NCBI GenBank assembly: GCA_002381125.1
Contig: DFUT01000009.1
Span: forward strand, 25,407-89,406
Reading direction: 5' to 3'
Length of the DNA: 64,000 nucleotides
DNA from: Bacteroidales bacterium UBA4179
GTDB taxonomy: Bacteria; Bacteroidota; Bacteroidia; Bacteroidales; Dysgonomonadaceae
The stretch's first letter is position 1; every line of letters starts with the position of its first letter. This document shows, one piece after another, positions 29,298-39,799 of this stretch. Made by a program: the position numbers and the translations under genes. The notes under the pieces are model-generated. The model was not told where the DNA came from. It worked only from the letters and a program-made list of their open reading frames with translations, and did not search any database.

Positions 29298-29368
29298 AGG
29301 TACCTGGCGGATTTGAACCGCCGTAAACGGTTTTGCAGACCGCTACCTAGCCACTCGGTCAAGGTACC
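29298..29368 (-). tRNA. tRNA-Cys (anticodon GCA)
   Basis: Reverse complement GGTACCT-TG-ACCG-AGTGGCTA-GGT(A)-GCGGT-[CT GCA AA]-ACCGT-..-GGCGG-TTCAAAT-CCGCC-AGGTACC-T, 71 nt. Confidence 0.88.
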
Positions 29369-29383
29369 AAGAATTGGTAACTG

Positions 29384-29391
29384 CAAAGATA
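29384..29391 (-). promoter_or_regulatory. -7 promoter box for tRNA-Cys
   Basis: Reverse complement TATCTTTG, 16 nt upstream of the tRNA 5' end. Confidence 0.45.
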
Positions 29392-29429
29392 ATACAATTT
29401 CCCGATTTCATAAAACAAAAGCCATTATT

Positions 29430-30797
29430 TTATGCAAAAAGGCGTTTGAATGCTTCCTCGACTTTGCGTACCGTTTCAATTTTTATTGTTGTTTTTGCAG
29501 TAAAACCTTTTAGGTTATGTGCCGGGATGAGAATAGATGAAAAGCCGAGTTTTTCTGCTTCAAGGATGCGTTGTTCGATCCGGTTAACGGGGCGGATTTC
29601 TCCCGATAGTCCCACTTCGCCGACCAAACAAATGTTTCTGTCTATCGAAATATCGAGGCTAGACGATAAAATGGCACTGATTACCGATAAATCCAGTCCG
29701 GGATCATTTATTCGCAAGCCTCCTGCTATATTCAAAAAAACATCCTTCTGCGAGAGTTTGAAACCTGCCCTTTTTTCCAATACTGCCAGCAGCATGTTCA
29801 TTCTTCGGATATCGAAACCTGTGGACGAACGTTGCGGCGTACCATAGGCTGCAGTGCTTACCAGGGCCTGAGTTTCGATCAGAAAGGGGCGGATACCTTC
29901 GATAACGGCAGCGATACCTACGCCACTCAGGCCTTCATGGTTTTGGGTGAGTAGCAGTTCCGATGGGTTGGTTACTTCGCGTAGGCCCGACGAGCTCATT
30001 TCGTAAATGCCGACCTCGGATGTGCTGCCAAAACGGTTTTTTATGCTTCGTAGAATACGATACATATAATGGCGGTCGCCTTCGAATTGCAAAACCGTAT
30101 CCACAATATGTTCCAGAATTTTAGGTCCCGCAATGTTCCCTTCTTTGGTGATGTGCCCAATCAAGATGACGGGTATACCCGATTGTTTCGCAAACTTCAA
30201 AATCGAAACGGCACATTCGCGTACTTGAGAAATGCTTCCCGGCGATGATTCCAATACATCGCTGTATACCGTTTGAATGGAATCGATTACAACCAATTGG
30301 GGTAACGTGTTTTTGATATGTGTAAAAATCTGATCGAGATTTGTTTCGCAAACGATTAGGCAGTTATCGTTTGCGATTCCGATTCTATCGGCACGGAGTT
30401 TTATCTGTCGTGCACTTTCTTCCCCCGACACATATAGCGAACGTATATGTTGCAGTTTCAACAGGCTTTGCAGCACCAAGGTAGATTTTCCGATACCCGG
30501 TTCTCCGCCGATCAGTACCACCGATGCCGGGACAAGCCCTCCGCCAAGTACGCGATTCAATTCGGCATCACAAAGATCGATTCGTGGTTCTTCGTCGGCG
30601 TTTATTTCGTTGAGTGGCAATGGCTGACTTTTTATACCGGAAAAAGAACGCATATCTTCTTCTTTCGAGAAATCGTTTTTTCCAACGAGTTCTTCTACGA
30701 ATGTTCCCCATTCGCCACAAGCCGGACAACGCCCCATCCATTTGGGTGACTCATTGCCGCAATTGCTGCAAAAATAAACCGATTTGAGTTTTGCCAT
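29430..30797 (-). CDS. radA: DNA repair protein RadA (Sms)
   Basis: N-terminal zinc ribbon (CSNCG...CPACGEWG), Walker A GGEPGIGKST, KNRFG motif, Lon-protease-like C-terminal domain. Confidence 0.95.
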   Translation of the reverse strand: MAKLKSVYFCSNCGNESPKWMGRCPACGEWGTFVEELVGKNDFSKEEDMRSFSGIKSQPLPLNEINADEEPRIDLCDAELNRVLGGGLVPASVVLIGGEPGIGKSTLVLQSLLKLQHIRSLYVSGEESARQIKLRADRIGIANDNCLIVCETNLDQIFTHIKNTLPQLVVIDSIQTVYSDVLESSPGSISQVRECAVSILKFAKQSGIPVILIGHITKEGNIAGPKILEHIVDTVLQFEGDRHYMYRILRSIKNRFGSTSEVGIYEMSSSGLREVTNPSELLLTQNHEGLSGVGIAAVIEGIRPFLIETQALVSTAAYGTPQRSSTGFDIRRMNMLLAVLEKRAGFKLSQKDVFLNIAGGLRINDPGLDLSVISAILSSSLDISIDRNICLVGEVGLSGEIRPVNRIEQRILEAEKLGFSSILIPAHNLKGFTAKTTIKIETVRKVEEAFKRLFA

Positions 30798-30810
30798 AGT
30801 TCTTTCTCGA

Positions 30811-30818
30811 CAAAGTTA
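30811..30818 (-). promoter_or_regulatory. -7 promoter box for radA
   Basis: Reverse complement TAACTTTG, 14 nt upstream of ATG 30797, implying a very short leader. Confidence 0.4.
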
Positions 30819-30989
30819 GGGAATATTTGTAAGTTAAACGCTTTAAATGAAGGCATATCCTCCTATTTTACCGTAAAAACACACAAATTATCATGAAATA
30901 ATTTTAATTCGAGACCAATAGTCAATTTGTTTTGTGCACGTGATTTCGGTTAATTGACCGGAAGGGGAAAGAAAGCGACGTTGTGTTTC

Positions 30990-31610
30990 TTAAAACTCGA
31001 TTTTCAATTGTTTTTCAAACAGCGCAAAAGTTTTGCGGTGGTGAGGAGTAATTCCGTACTTTTTGATTGCCTCGCGATGTAAGCGTGTGGGATATCCTTT
31101 GTTTTGCGCCCAACCGTATACCGGGAATTCGGTATGAAGATTTTTCATGTATTCGTCTCGGTAGGTTTTGGCCAAAATTGAAGCGGCCGCTATCGACATA
31201 TATTTTCCGTCACCTTTTACAATGCATGTATGGGGAATATTTTTGTACGGACGAAAACGGTTTCCGTCTACCAGAATATGTTGTGGTCTTACGGTAAGTT
31301 TGTCCAGTGCCTTGTGCATGGCTTTTATCGATGCCCAAAGGATGTTCATTTCATCGATTTCCTGCGGCGAACACGATGCCACGGCAAAACAAAGCGCCTG
31401 TTTTTCGATAAAGATTCGCAGTTCGTCGCGGTCGTTTTCCGAAAGTTGTTTGGAATCGTTGAGTTTGGCACATTCAAACTTCGGAGGGAGGATAACGGCG
31501 GCGGCAAAGACAGGCCCTGCCAGACATCCGCGCCCGGCTTCGTCGCAACCGGCTTCCGTGCAATTGCTATTCATACGGCATGCCAAATGTGGAAACGCTT
31601 TTGTTTTCAT
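30990..31610 (-). CDS. rnhB: Ribonuclease HII
   Basis: [15 protein letters not shown] catalytic block, [23 protein letters not shown] overlap with the upstream metallophosphoesterase stop supports start 31610; an internal ATG at 31574 is possible. Confidence 0.92.
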   Translation of the reverse strand: MKTKAFPHLACRMNSNCTEAGCDEAGRGCLAGPVFAAAVILPPKFECAKLNDSKQLSENDRDELRIFIEKQALCFAVASCSPQEIDEMNILWASIKAMHKALDKLTVRPQHILVDGNRFRPYKNIPHTCIVKGDGKYMSIAAASILAKTYRDEYMKNLHTEFPVYGWAQNKGYPTRLHREAIKKYGITPHHRKTFALFEKQLKIEF

Positions 31611-32854
31611 AAGGCAAGTTCCACATTGTTGTCGGCAGGCGGGTAATCCGGTTGGAATGAGGTCGGGTCAAAATTTTCCTGCCCCATTATTTTTTCGAAA
31701 ATTTGTATTGCCTGCAACATTTCTTCTGTCAAATGTTCATCTCCGCAAACGTGCAACAGGTTCATTTCAACGATAACATCGATAAGCGCCTGTCGGATTT
31801 CCTTGGGTAAAGGTATGTTGAGGTTGTTTATTTTTGATGAAGCCGAAGCTTCGGTTTGTTTACGTAGTTTTTCTCTGTATTCAGCTGCCAGTTGTGGTTT
31901 TGAAGGAATCGAATTTACTACGTGCGTGTTTATTTTCAGGGTATTATTCTCGAGAAGGATAAGGCGGTATGGGAAGGGATATTGGGCCAGACTCCCGGTT
32001 TCCACATCGGTAATCGTATTCCCTGCGGGTGACGTGAAAGAGGTGATATCGTTGGCATGAAAATGTCCTGTAAAAACAATTTTCAATCCGTTGTCTGCAA
32101 GAATTTCTGCATTTTTTTTCCAGTCATCAATCAGATATTCCGAAAAGAATGCGCTTTGATAAGGCATGTGTTCCACCAAACCGTGATGCATCATGCCGAT
32201 TACGTCGATATTTTTTTCTTTTGCTTCGTGGAGAATGTCCAATGCCCAGTTGAGAGTTTGTGGGAGAATTCTTCCGGATGAAATGGATGAGGTGCGGTAT
32301 TCGTTGTATCGATTGGTGTCGAAACACAGCAGCCATAGCGAATCGTTTATGAATGCAAGGTAACTCAGCGAAGCGGTATCGCGTTTCACGACTTTTCCAT
32401 AGCCGAAATCGGAATAGATTGCCGCGAATTCTTCGGCTGAAACGCTCTCTACGGGTTCGGCTTTGTCTCCAATGTACTTTTTTGCCGTGGGAACATTGAT
32501 ATCATGATTACCCGGAACAACAAATACTTGCGTACCGTTTTTGGTTAATGGCAGGAGTTTTTCCTTAAAATCCAAATGGCTTTGTTTTTCTCCGTTGTTG
32601 GTTATATCGCCGGGAATGAGCAAAATATCGGGACATTCATCGAGCAAATCGCTTATTACTTTATCCAATACCGCGTGAAGATCTTCCGTATTCCTTCCCG
32701 TTGCCGTTTCGTATTTTTCCAAAGCGGTGCCTTTTCCTGCGAGTTGGGAGGATAGATAATGTACATCGCTCACAACGGCTATCTTTATCGGTTCTATTGT
32801 CCAAACCGATACCCAAGAGGTTAGGAAAAGCAGAATATATAAAAATCGTTTCAT
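31607..32854 (-). CDS. Secreted calcineurin-like metallophosphoesterase
   Basis: Signal peptide. Phosphoesterase motifs VSDVHY, GDITNNG, GNHD, GHFHAN. Confidence 0.8.
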   Translation of the reverse strand: MKRFLYILLFLTSWVSVWTIEPIKIAVVSDVHYLSSQLAGKGTALEKYETATGRNTEDLHAVLDKVISDLLDECPDILLIPGDITNNGEKQSHLDFKEKLLPLTKNGTQVFVVPGNHDINVPTAKKYIGDKAEPVESVSAEEFAAIYSDFGYGKVVKRDTASLSYLAFINDSLWLLCFDTNRYNEYRTSSISSGRILPQTLNWALDILHEAKEKNIDVIGMMHHGLVEHMPYQSAFFSEYLIDDWKKNAEILADNGLKIVFTGHFHANDITSFTSPAGNTITDVETGSLAQYPFPYRLILLENNTLKINTHVVNSIPSKPQLAAEYREKLRKQTEASASSKINNLNIPLPKEIRQALIDVIVEMNLLHVCGDEHLTEEMLQAIQIFEKIMGQENFDPTSFQPDYPPADNNVELAL

Positions 32855-32996
32855 TGAGATGAATTATAAACTGAATGGGTTTTCGGAAGGAAGGGATAAA
32901 AATATACCGATACCAATTCCAAAAGTAATTATATTAAATCAACATCCGATTTGTTGAATAGGGATTGAGTCAAAATCATGGCAATGCATGAAAATT

Positions 32997-34400
32997 TCAT
33001 GAATTAAGTAATCGTTCAATTTCTTCAATATCGGCACGGAATCTTTTATCTACTTCAGCAAGATTTTTTACGGCGTTGCAGGAATGCAGAACCGTGGAAT
33101 GATTTCTATTGCCAATTTGAGCTCCAATTTGAGCGAGTGAAAGTTTGGTATGTTTTTTTACAAAATACATAATTACCTGACGTGCTTGAACAATTTCTCT
33201 TTTTCGGGATGCAGAGTGGACAAGCTCTTTCTTGATGTTGAAAAAATCACAGACAGTATCTTGGATTTTTTGTACGGTGATGCGTTTTTTTTCAAATTTG
33301 AGCGTTTGTTCCATCACTCGTTTGGCAAGACTTATATCGATATCGCGGTCGTTGATGATGGAATGTGCCATTAGCGAAACAATGATACCTTCGAGGTCGC
33401 GCACGTTATCGGTAACATTTTCCGCAATGTAATCGATAACTTCATCCGAAATGGACAGCCCATCGGAAAGCACTTTGTGCTTCAATATTTTTTTGCGTAA
33501 TTCTTTGTCCGGACGTTCCAGGCTTGTCGTCAACCCCCATCGGAAACGTGTTAGCAATCGTTCTTCCATTCCCAGCATATCCATAGGAGCGCAATCGGAA
33601 GTCATTACCAGCTGTTTGTTGTTTTGATGTAGGTGGTTAAAGATGTGAAAAAATGTATTTTGCGTTTTTTCCAATCCCGATAATTCTTGAATATCGTCGA
33701 TAATCAATACATCGATGCCTTGATAGAAATTGATAAAGTCGTTTATTGTATTGAATCGGCGGGCATCGGTAAATTGCACCTTAAAAAGGTGAGCCGAGAG
33801 GTAAAGCACTTTTCTTTCGGGATATTTATCGAGGATTTTTGATCCGATGGCGTGGCAGAGATGTGTTTTGCCGACTCCCGAATTACCATAGACGAATAAG
33901 GGATTAAAGGCAGTTTTTGCAGGGTTTTCGGCTACTGCTTCTGCGGCCGTGCGTGCCAAGCGGTTGCTTTCACCTTCAAAAAAGTTATTGAAAGTATATT
34001 TGGAGTTTATTTGGGAATCGAATTCGGGAGTTTCTACGCGTTCAAACGGATTGGGAACTTTTATGGCTATTTTTTTTGCAAGTTTTTTGTCTCCCGATTG
34101 TTGTGCTCGGGGTTCGCCCCGAAGTTCCACAGCCGTATTGGTTTCTGTTTCAATTAATACCCGATAGTTGAGAATGGTACCCTCTCCAATTTCGCGATAA
34201 AGTGTTTGTTGAATCAGGTCAATGTATTTTTCCTCAAGATATTCATAAAAAAACTGGCTTGGCACCTGGATTGTCAACACATTATCTTGATAACTCAAAG
34301 GGGTAATCGGTGCAAACCAAGTGTTGAATGCAGCTTCGGAAATATTATCGCGAATGACGTTCAGACAGTTATTCCATAAAATCTTGAAATCTGCTTTCAT
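32997..34400 (-). CDS. dnaA: Chromosomal replication initiator protein DnaA
   Basis: AAA+ Walker A GNSGVGKTHL, box VII region, C-terminal DnaA-box-binding domain (IGNRNHSTVLHS). The track ORF runs to 34520; the homologous start is ATG 34400 (MKADFKILWNNCL). Confidence 0.95.
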   Translation of the reverse strand: MKADFKILWNNCLNVIRDNISEAAFNTWFAPITPLSYQDNVLTIQVPSQFFYEYLEEKYIDLIQQTLYREIGEGTILNYRVLIETETNTAVELRGEPRAQQSGDKKLAKKIAIKVPNPFERVETPEFDSQINSKYTFNNFFEGESNRLARTAAEAVAENPAKTAFNPLFVYGNSGVGKTHLCHAIGSKILDKYPERKVLYLSAHLFKVQFTDARRFNTINDFINFYQGIDVLIIDDIQELSGLEKTQNTFFHIFNHLHQNNKQLVMTSDCAPMDMLGMEERLLTRFRWGLTTSLERPDKELRKKILKHKVLSDGLSISDEVIDYIAENVTDNVRDLEGIIVSLMAHSIINDRDIDISLAKRVMEQTLKFEKKRITVQKIQDTVCDFFNIKKELVHSASRKREIVQARQVIMYFVKKHTKLSLAQIGAQIGNRNHSTVLHSCNAVKNLAEVDKRFRADIEEIERLLNS

Positions 34401-34756
34401 TGGGCTATTTAAAATCGTTTTCTTATCGTTTCCTGAGTACAAATTTTGGGAATATTTTTCAGAAAAAAAAATGTGTTTCTTTATTGGAAAAGGACAACAA
34501 AGCACAGGGTTAATTATCAAATGAATAGCGTTAAGTATTTAGATGTCAATTATCTACAAAAACGCCATCCCGGCAAAGCTTTGAAAATCAGTGTTCCTAT
34601 TAAGTGTATAAAAAACCTTGAAAATGTAAAAGCATTTCGTTTTTTATCGCTATATGCAATAATACGAATACTTTTGCGATTTTTATACGAGAAACACTTA
34701 TTTAGAGTGAATCTACTTAAATGTTTCTTGAGATAAAAGTCAAATAGGCTTTAAAA

Positions 34757-35653
34757 TTAGAATAAGCGCAATTTCACGCTTAAATATCTTTTCGGATTTT
34801 CTCGTATGTCCTCCAGCAATTTTGTTGCGCTATTGATAACGATCACTAAACTGTCATGAAGTTCAGAACCATTTACCAGTTTTCCTACCGAGTTGTCGGG
34901 CGAATTGATTTTTTGCGAAAGTAACTTCAAATTTGTAATTGTTTCGTCAAGCGATGCTAGGGTATTGCTTAAATCGGAGTTTTTCAACTCTTCGCTTACT
35001 TTTTTCAGATTATCGGTTACGGTTGTCAGATTCAGGGTAATTTCGGGAATTTCTTCTCCTACGGAAAAAACGATTTTGTTTATATTGTGAGCGGTTGTCT
35101 GCAACTCCTTTATCGTGTTGTTTATTCCGTTGATGGATTCCTTCCATACCGGGTCTGTGAGCAATAAGTTTAATGCCATGATCGTGGAATCGATATGTAA
35201 CAAAATAGAGTCGGCTTTGGGGGCAATTTTTTCGGCGCTGTCTATCATTCCCGGTGCTCGTCCTCCGATAAGCGTATCCCCGGGATTTAAATATCGGGTG
35301 CTTTCGTCGTTGATTTTCAATTTGACCGACGATCCGCCTAGCAGATCTGTGCCAAACTCGAGTCTGCTTCCTTCTTTTATTTTAAATTCGTCATCTAATC
35401 TTATTTCTACCGCAAACTTCAGAGGATCGTAACTGATCATTCGAATAGAACTTACCAATCCTACTTGATATCCGTTTACCAATACGGGAGACGAGGTGTT
35501 TAATCCCGAAACATCGTCTAAAACAGCTATATAATTATTCTGTTTTCGGAAAATGTCGATCCCTTTCAGAAAATTAATACCAAAGTAAATTATCGCAAGA
35601 CTGATAAGGAACGCTAATCCGATGGATGCATTTTTGTTTAATTTCAATTTCAT
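34757..35653 (-). CDS. MlaD/MCE-family protein
   Basis: N-terminal TM (IGLAFLISLAIIYFGINFL), MCE domain (SPVLVNGYQVGLVSSI), helical C-terminal extension. Confidence 0.8.
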   Translation of the reverse strand: MKLKLNKNASIGLAFLISLAIIYFGINFLKGIDIFRKQNNYIAVLDDVSGLNTSSPVLVNGYQVGLVSSIRMISYDPLKFAVEIRLDDEFKIKEGSRLEFGTDLLGGSSVKLKINDESTRYLNPGDTLIGGRAPGMIDSAEKIAPKADSILLHIDSTIMALNLLLTDPVWKESINGINNTIKELQTTAHNINKIVFSVGEEIPEITLNLTTVTDNLKKVSEELKNSDLSNTLASLDETITNLKLLSQKINSPDNSVGKLVNGSELHDSLVIVINSATKLLEDIRENPKRYLSVKLRLF

Positions 35654-35876
35654 AAATTAGTATGACTACCCGTTGTTTGTTTAAGAATATGACATAAAAC
35701 GTTGTCCATCCAAATAAAATTTGTATACCTATGGTAATCAACCGGATAAATATTGAGGACAACAAGGGCGCAAGTTACGAAAAAATTTTGAAAACCCTCC
35801 AAATGGCAGGAACGAAAATAATTTTTTCGCTCATTCCGGAAACCGATTTTTAAGTTCCATTACCTCTCCCCACTTG

Positions 35877-36950
35877 CTATTTTATTCGAACGCCATTTTG
35901 GAATTGAACGATAAAAGCGTCTTTAAATTTTGGCTGCACTTCGTGTAATATCGTTATGATTTCTTTTAGGTCGGTAGCACTGCCGTAGGTGTATTTATAA
36001 ACTGTTCCGTCTTTATAACAATTCACAGGCGACAATCCTTTGAAAACGGGCGAATTCGCTTCATATTTTTGTGAAGAAGTCAGGAATTGAACCCGATATT
36101 CGATTGTATTTTCCGATGAAATCGTGTTTTGTGATTGTTTTTGAGGTTCGTTCGAGAAAATTTGGTTTTTTTTATCGTAATCCCGTTTGTATTCATTAAA
36201 TGCCAGATAAATTGAATTTGCCATGGAGTTTTGCCCAACGGCACTTTTTAGGTATTTTTCGTCGTTCCGATTGCTGATATATCCTAATTCGACGAGAATA
36301 CTTGGCATGGCTACTTCGCGAAGCACCAGAAAACCCGCTTGACGGACATCCCGGTTTATTCTCCCGGAATTTTTTACCAAACTATATTGAACCAATGAAG
36401 CCAGATGAAGGCTTTGTTTGAGGTATTGATCGGACATAAATTCAAAAATAATGTACGATTCGGGTTCTTGTGGATTAAAACCTTCATACTTTTGCGAATA
36501 ATCCTCTTCGAGTAAAATTACGGAGTTTTCTTTTTTGGCCACTTCCAAGTTGTCTTTACTCCTATGGAGTCCCAAAATAAAGGTTTCCACGCCCTGAGGC
36601 GAGTTTCGGTTTTTAGGTACTGCATTGCAATGAATGGAAATGAAAAGATTGGCTTTGGCATTGTTGGCAATGGCTGCTCTGCGATCGAGTGCCACAAAAC
36701 TGTCGTCTTTACGCGTATAGATCACTTTTACGTCTTTGTGATTTTTTTCTATCAATGCGCCCAGTTTTTTTGCTACGGAAAGCGTGATGTCTTTTTCGCG
36801 CGATGACGAACCAATGGCGCCCGGGTCTTTTCCTCCGTGGCCTGCATCAATTACTACCGTAAATCCTTTTGTCTGACCCATACCGGGAAATACGGGGAAA
36901 AGCAACCCTCCAAAAATAAATAAGAATATTACTTTTATATGTGTCGACAT
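35877..36950 (-). CDS. N-acetylmuramoyl-L-alanine amidase (Amidase_3) with C-terminal SPOR-like domain
   Basis: Signal peptide, VVIDAGHGGKDPGA, ISIHCNA, plus a C-terminal ~75 aa (YRVQFLTSSQKY...DAFIVQFQNGVRI) resembling SPOR. Confidence 0.85.
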   Translation of the reverse strand: MSTHIKVIFLFIFGGLLFPVFPGMGQTKGFTVVIDAGHGGKDPGAIGSSSREKDITLSVAKKLGALIEKNHKDVKVIYTRKDDSFVALDRRAAIANNAKANLFISIHCNAVPKNRNSPQGVETFILGLHRSKDNLEVAKKENSVILLEEDYSQKYEGFNPQEPESYIIFEFMSDQYLKQSLHLASLVQYSLVKNSGRINRDVRQAGFLVLREVAMPSILVELGYISNRNDEKYLKSAVGQNSMANSIYLAFNEYKRDYDKKNQIFSNEPQKQSQNTISSENTIEYRVQFLTSSQKYEANSPVFKGLSPVNCYKDGTVYKYTYGSATDLKEIITILHEVQPKFKDAFIVQFQNGVRIK

Positions 36951-37051
36951 ACCCTCCCTTTCTTTTCACAAAAATAATGATAAAAATCATTTTATTGACA
37001 GCATGGGGGCATTAAAGGTTTAATGACTTTTTTCATTTCGAAATTTTGCAG

Positions 37052-37059
37052 TACCTTTG
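37052..37059 (+). promoter_or_regulatory. -7 promoter box for rpe
   Basis: TACCTTTG, 20 nt upstream of ATG 37079. Confidence 0.5.
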
Positions 37060-37078
37060 GAAAAATAATTAAACACTT

Positions 37079-37732
37079 ATGAATCATCATTTAATCGCAC
37101 CTTCTATTCTTTCTGCCAATTTCCTGGAGCTGCGCAAAGATGTGGAAATGTTGAACCAAAGCGAAGCCGATTGGATACATCTGGATATTATGGATGGTGT
37201 TTTTGTTCCCAACATTTCTTTCGGTTTTCCTGTGATAAATTCGCTAAAACAGATAACCGACAAGCCATTGGATGTTCATTTAATGATTGTTCAGCCCGAA
37301 AAATTTGTTTCGGAAGTGGCCGCAATCGGCGCATATATGATGAATGTGCATTATGAAGCTTGCACTCATTTGCACAGCGTGGTCAAAGAAATCAAAAATG
37401 CGGGAATGAAAGCCGGTGTAACATTGAATCCACATACTCCGGTATCTTTTTTGGAAGATATCTTGCATGAGTTGGATATGGTTTTGTTGATGTCGGTAAA
37501 TCCCGGATTCGGAGGGCAGAAATTTATTGAACATTCGGTAAAAAAGGTATCGGATTTAAAAGAAATGATTCTTCGAAAAAATCTATCTACCCTCATTGAG
37601 GTAGACGGTGGTGTTAATCTTGAAACGGGCAAACGGTTGGTTGATGCGGGTGCCGATGTGCTTGTAGTTGGCAATTTTGTTTTTTCTTCCGAAAATCCTA
37701 TTGAAACTATTCGTCAATTGAAAAATCTGTAA
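37079..37732 (+). CDS. rpe: Ribulose-phosphate 3-epimerase
   Basis: APSILSANF, HLDIMDGVFVPN, DVHLM, MSVNPGFGGQKF, EVDGG. Confidence 0.95.
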   Translation: MNHHLIAPSILSANFLELRKDVEMLNQSEADWIHLDIMDGVFVPNISFGFPVINSLKQITDKPLDVHLMIVQPEKFVSEVAAIGAYMMNVHYEACTHLHSVVKEIKNAGMKAGVTLNPHTPVSFLEDILHELDMVLLMSVNPGFGGQKFIEHSVKKVSDLKEMILRKNLSTLIEVDGGVNLETGKRLVDAGADVLVVGNFVFSSENPIETIRQLKNL

Positions 37733-37789
37733 AAATCTTTTTATTGTGTTTTCACAAATGAAGATTTCTGCGTTTGTGCTGAATATGCG

Positions 37790-39751
37790 ATGAACAACAT
37801 AACTGGAGAAACGCCTTTTTTTCGGTTGCTTGTTCCTGTGGTATTGGGAATTGTTGCAAATGAATTCATTGAGTTTCTACCTTCGGCAGTTTTCTTCTCT
37901 TCCATAGGGTTTCTTGCCATGTTGTTATCCTTTTTTATTCCCAAAAATAACGAGTTTCGTTATCGATGGATTTTTGGGGCCGGAGTTTTCGTATTCATTT
38001 TTTCTCTTATTACTTTTCAGTATAAACGGAAAACCGAAGATAGTTCTTTTGGATCGGTCGTTTCGCAGGGTATCTACAAGGGAGTTGTTCATGATATTCC
38101 GCAGGAGAAACCCCGTTCCGTCCGGGTGAATACAAACTTGATGTACCCTGTACGGAAAAAAGTAATTCTTTATTTGGAAAAAGATGCCGAAAGCAGTGTA
38201 CTTCGACCCGGCGATGAGATTCTATTTCAAGCCAAGATGCAACCTTTTAAAAATTTGGGTAATCCCGATGATTTCGATTATGTTCGGTTTATGAAAATAA
38301 AAGGTTTTGCAGGATCGGCATATGTTCCTGCCCACCGGTGGATGAAAACAGGAAAAAGCATTCGGTCGGTTTACACCTTGTCGCAAAATTTACGAGCCAA
38401 GGCACTCGATTTTTATAAATCTTTTGGATTGAACCCCGATGAATATGCCTTTATTGCAGCACTTACCTTGGGATATAAATCGAATCTTTCGAATGATTTG
38501 CAAGAAGCTTTTCGTGCATCGGGAACAGCACATGTGCTGGCTGTAAGTGGATTGCATGTTGGGATTATCTATCTTATTCTCAACATGTTTTTTTCTTTTC
38601 TGGGTAATTTCGGTAAAAAATTCGTTTTGAAGCAGCTGTTGATTGTTCTTTTTCTTTGGGGTTATGCTTTTATTGCCGGGTTGCCTGTTTCGGTTGTTCG
38701 AGCGGCAATTATGCTTTCGATTTTTTGTCTGGGTGAGGCTTTTCACAGGGAAGGATTTTCTTATAACAGCCTTGCGGCTGCGGCGTTTTTCATTCTTGTT
38801 TTTGATCCGATGAATCTTTTCGATGTGGGCTTTCAAATGAGCTTTTTGTCGGTATTTGCTATTTTGTTTTTTAAACCGAAACTCGATACGTTATACACGC
38901 CTTCTCGTCGTTCTTTCCTGAAGATTCGGGATCTTTTCACCCTTTCCCTATCGGCACAATTGGGGGTATTCCCTCTTGTTTTGTACTATTTCGGCACGTT
39001 TCCCACGTATTTTTTTGTTACAAATTTATTGATTGTACCCCTTATCGGTATGGCAATTTATGCTGTTATCCCTGTTGTTTTTTTTGGCATATTGAATCAA
39101 CTGAATCTTGCTGTTTTTCATTCGTTGTTTCGGGCAATGAGTTGGGCACTCAATAGGTTGATCGGTTTGATTATACATATAGTTTACGTGTTTGAATCGT
39201 TGCCTTGTTCCCGGATCACCAATCATTATCTTTCTTTCGCACAGGTGATACTTCTTTTTATCGTTTTGTTTGTCATCGGCAGATACGTGATAAAAAAGCG
39301 ATCTGGCTACGTTTTTGTCGTACTGGAATCCGTTCTTGTTTTTTTGTTTATAAATACCTATAATATCGTCAACATGACTGCCGATAGATTTGTCGTTTAT
39401 AACCGACCCGGAGTGAGTGAAATGGGAGTCGTCGTAAACAATAAAGCAACACCTGTGATGAGAAAAGGGAATAATGTGCTGGCGTATTCTTCGAAACGAA
39501 TTGTAAGGTTATCGGAAAATACATATCGATCGAAAATTTCAGAGAAAACGTTTCCCGTCGATTTTTTGATTTTATCGGAAGATGATTCTTTTTCCATGAA
39601 CACGTTGAACGATTATTTTTCACCGCAAGTGGTTATTCTTGATAGTTCGCTTTCGAAATATGCCGCCGGTCGCATAACGGAAGAGTGTCGGCGATTGCAT
39701 ATAAAAGTACATGATGTAACGCAAATGGGGGCATTTTCCATAAATTTATAG
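37790..39751 (+). CDS. comEC: ComEC/Rec2-family membrane protein (no metallo-beta-lactamase domain evident)
   Basis: N-terminal TMs plus a DUF4131-like OB region, then the Competence domain (FRASGTAHVLAVSGLHVGII, multiple TMs). The C-terminal ~130 aa lack an HxHxDH motif. Confidence 0.85.
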   Translation: MNNITGETPFFRLLVPVVLGIVANEFIEFLPSAVFFSSIGFLAMLLSFFIPKNNEFRYRWIFGAGVFVFIFSLITFQYKRKTEDSSFGSVVSQGIYKGVVHDIPQEKPRSVRVNTNLMYPVRKKVILYLEKDAESSVLRPGDEILFQAKMQPFKNLGNPDDFDYVRFMKIKGFAGSAYVPAHRWMKTGKSIRSVYTLSQNLRAKALDFYKSFGLNPDEYAFIAALTLGYKSNLSNDLQEAFRASGTAHVLAVSGLHVGIIYLILNMFFSFLGNFGKKFVLKQLLIVLFLWGYAFIAGLPVSVVRAAIMLSIFCLGEAFHREGFSYNSLAAAAFFILVFDPMNLFDVGFQMSFLSVFAILFFKPKLDTLYTPSRRSFLKIRDLFTLSLSAQLGVFPLVLYYFGTFPTYFFVTNLLIVPLIGMAIYAVIPVVFFGILNQLNLAVFHSLFRAMSWALNRLIGLIIHIVYVFESLPCSRITNHYLSFAQVILLFIVLFVIGRYVIKKRSGYVFVVLESVLVFLFINTYNIVNMTADRFVVYNRPGVSEMGVVVNNKATPVMRKGNNVLAYSSKRIVRLSENTYRSKISEKTFPVDFLILSEDDSFSMNTLNDYFSPQVVILDSSLSKYAAGRITEECRRLHIKVHDVTQMGAFSINL

Positions 39752-39759
39752 TATATTTG
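39752..39759 (+). promoter_or_regulatory. -7 promoter box for the DHH phosphoesterase gene
   Basis: TATATTTG immediately after the comEC stop, 41 nt upstream of ATG 39800. Confidence 0.45.
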
Positions 39760-39799
39760 CGGCAAAACCCGATGGAAATCGGATAGTTTAATAGATCGG

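Noticed and set aside
31168-31776. Long antisense ORFs opposite real genes: 31168..31776 (202 aa, opposite rnhB), 42196..42804 (202 aa, opposite glmM), 45297..45863 (188 aa), 61764..62261 (165 aa), 29374..29847 (157 aa), 10191..10652 (153 aa), 1891..2388 (165 aa).
   Set aside because: Each fully overlaps a confidently identified gene on the other strand. Each translates to low-complexity S/R/C/F-rich sequence with no recognisable domain and lacks an upstream promoter box. This is typical shadow-frame behaviour.
34260-34274. Sigma-54-like -24/-12 element TGGCAC-N5-TTGT on the + strand.
   Set aside because: It lies inside the dnaA coding sequence on the antisense strand, with no downstream + strand gene to drive, and its -12 element is imperfect (TTGT rather than TTGC). 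Most likely a chance match.
34401-34756. Possible oriC in the 356-bp AT-rich non-coding region directly upstream of dnaA.
   Set aside because: Scanning both strands by eye, I found only one near-consensus DnaA box (TTATCTACA at 34550-34558, 1 mismatch to TTATCCACA). The next best sites have 2-3 mismatches. There is no box cluster and no obvious 13-mer-like DUE repeats, and dnaN is not adjacent. A genome-wide GC-skew and DnaA-box clustering analysis would be needed; the evidence in this window is insufficient.
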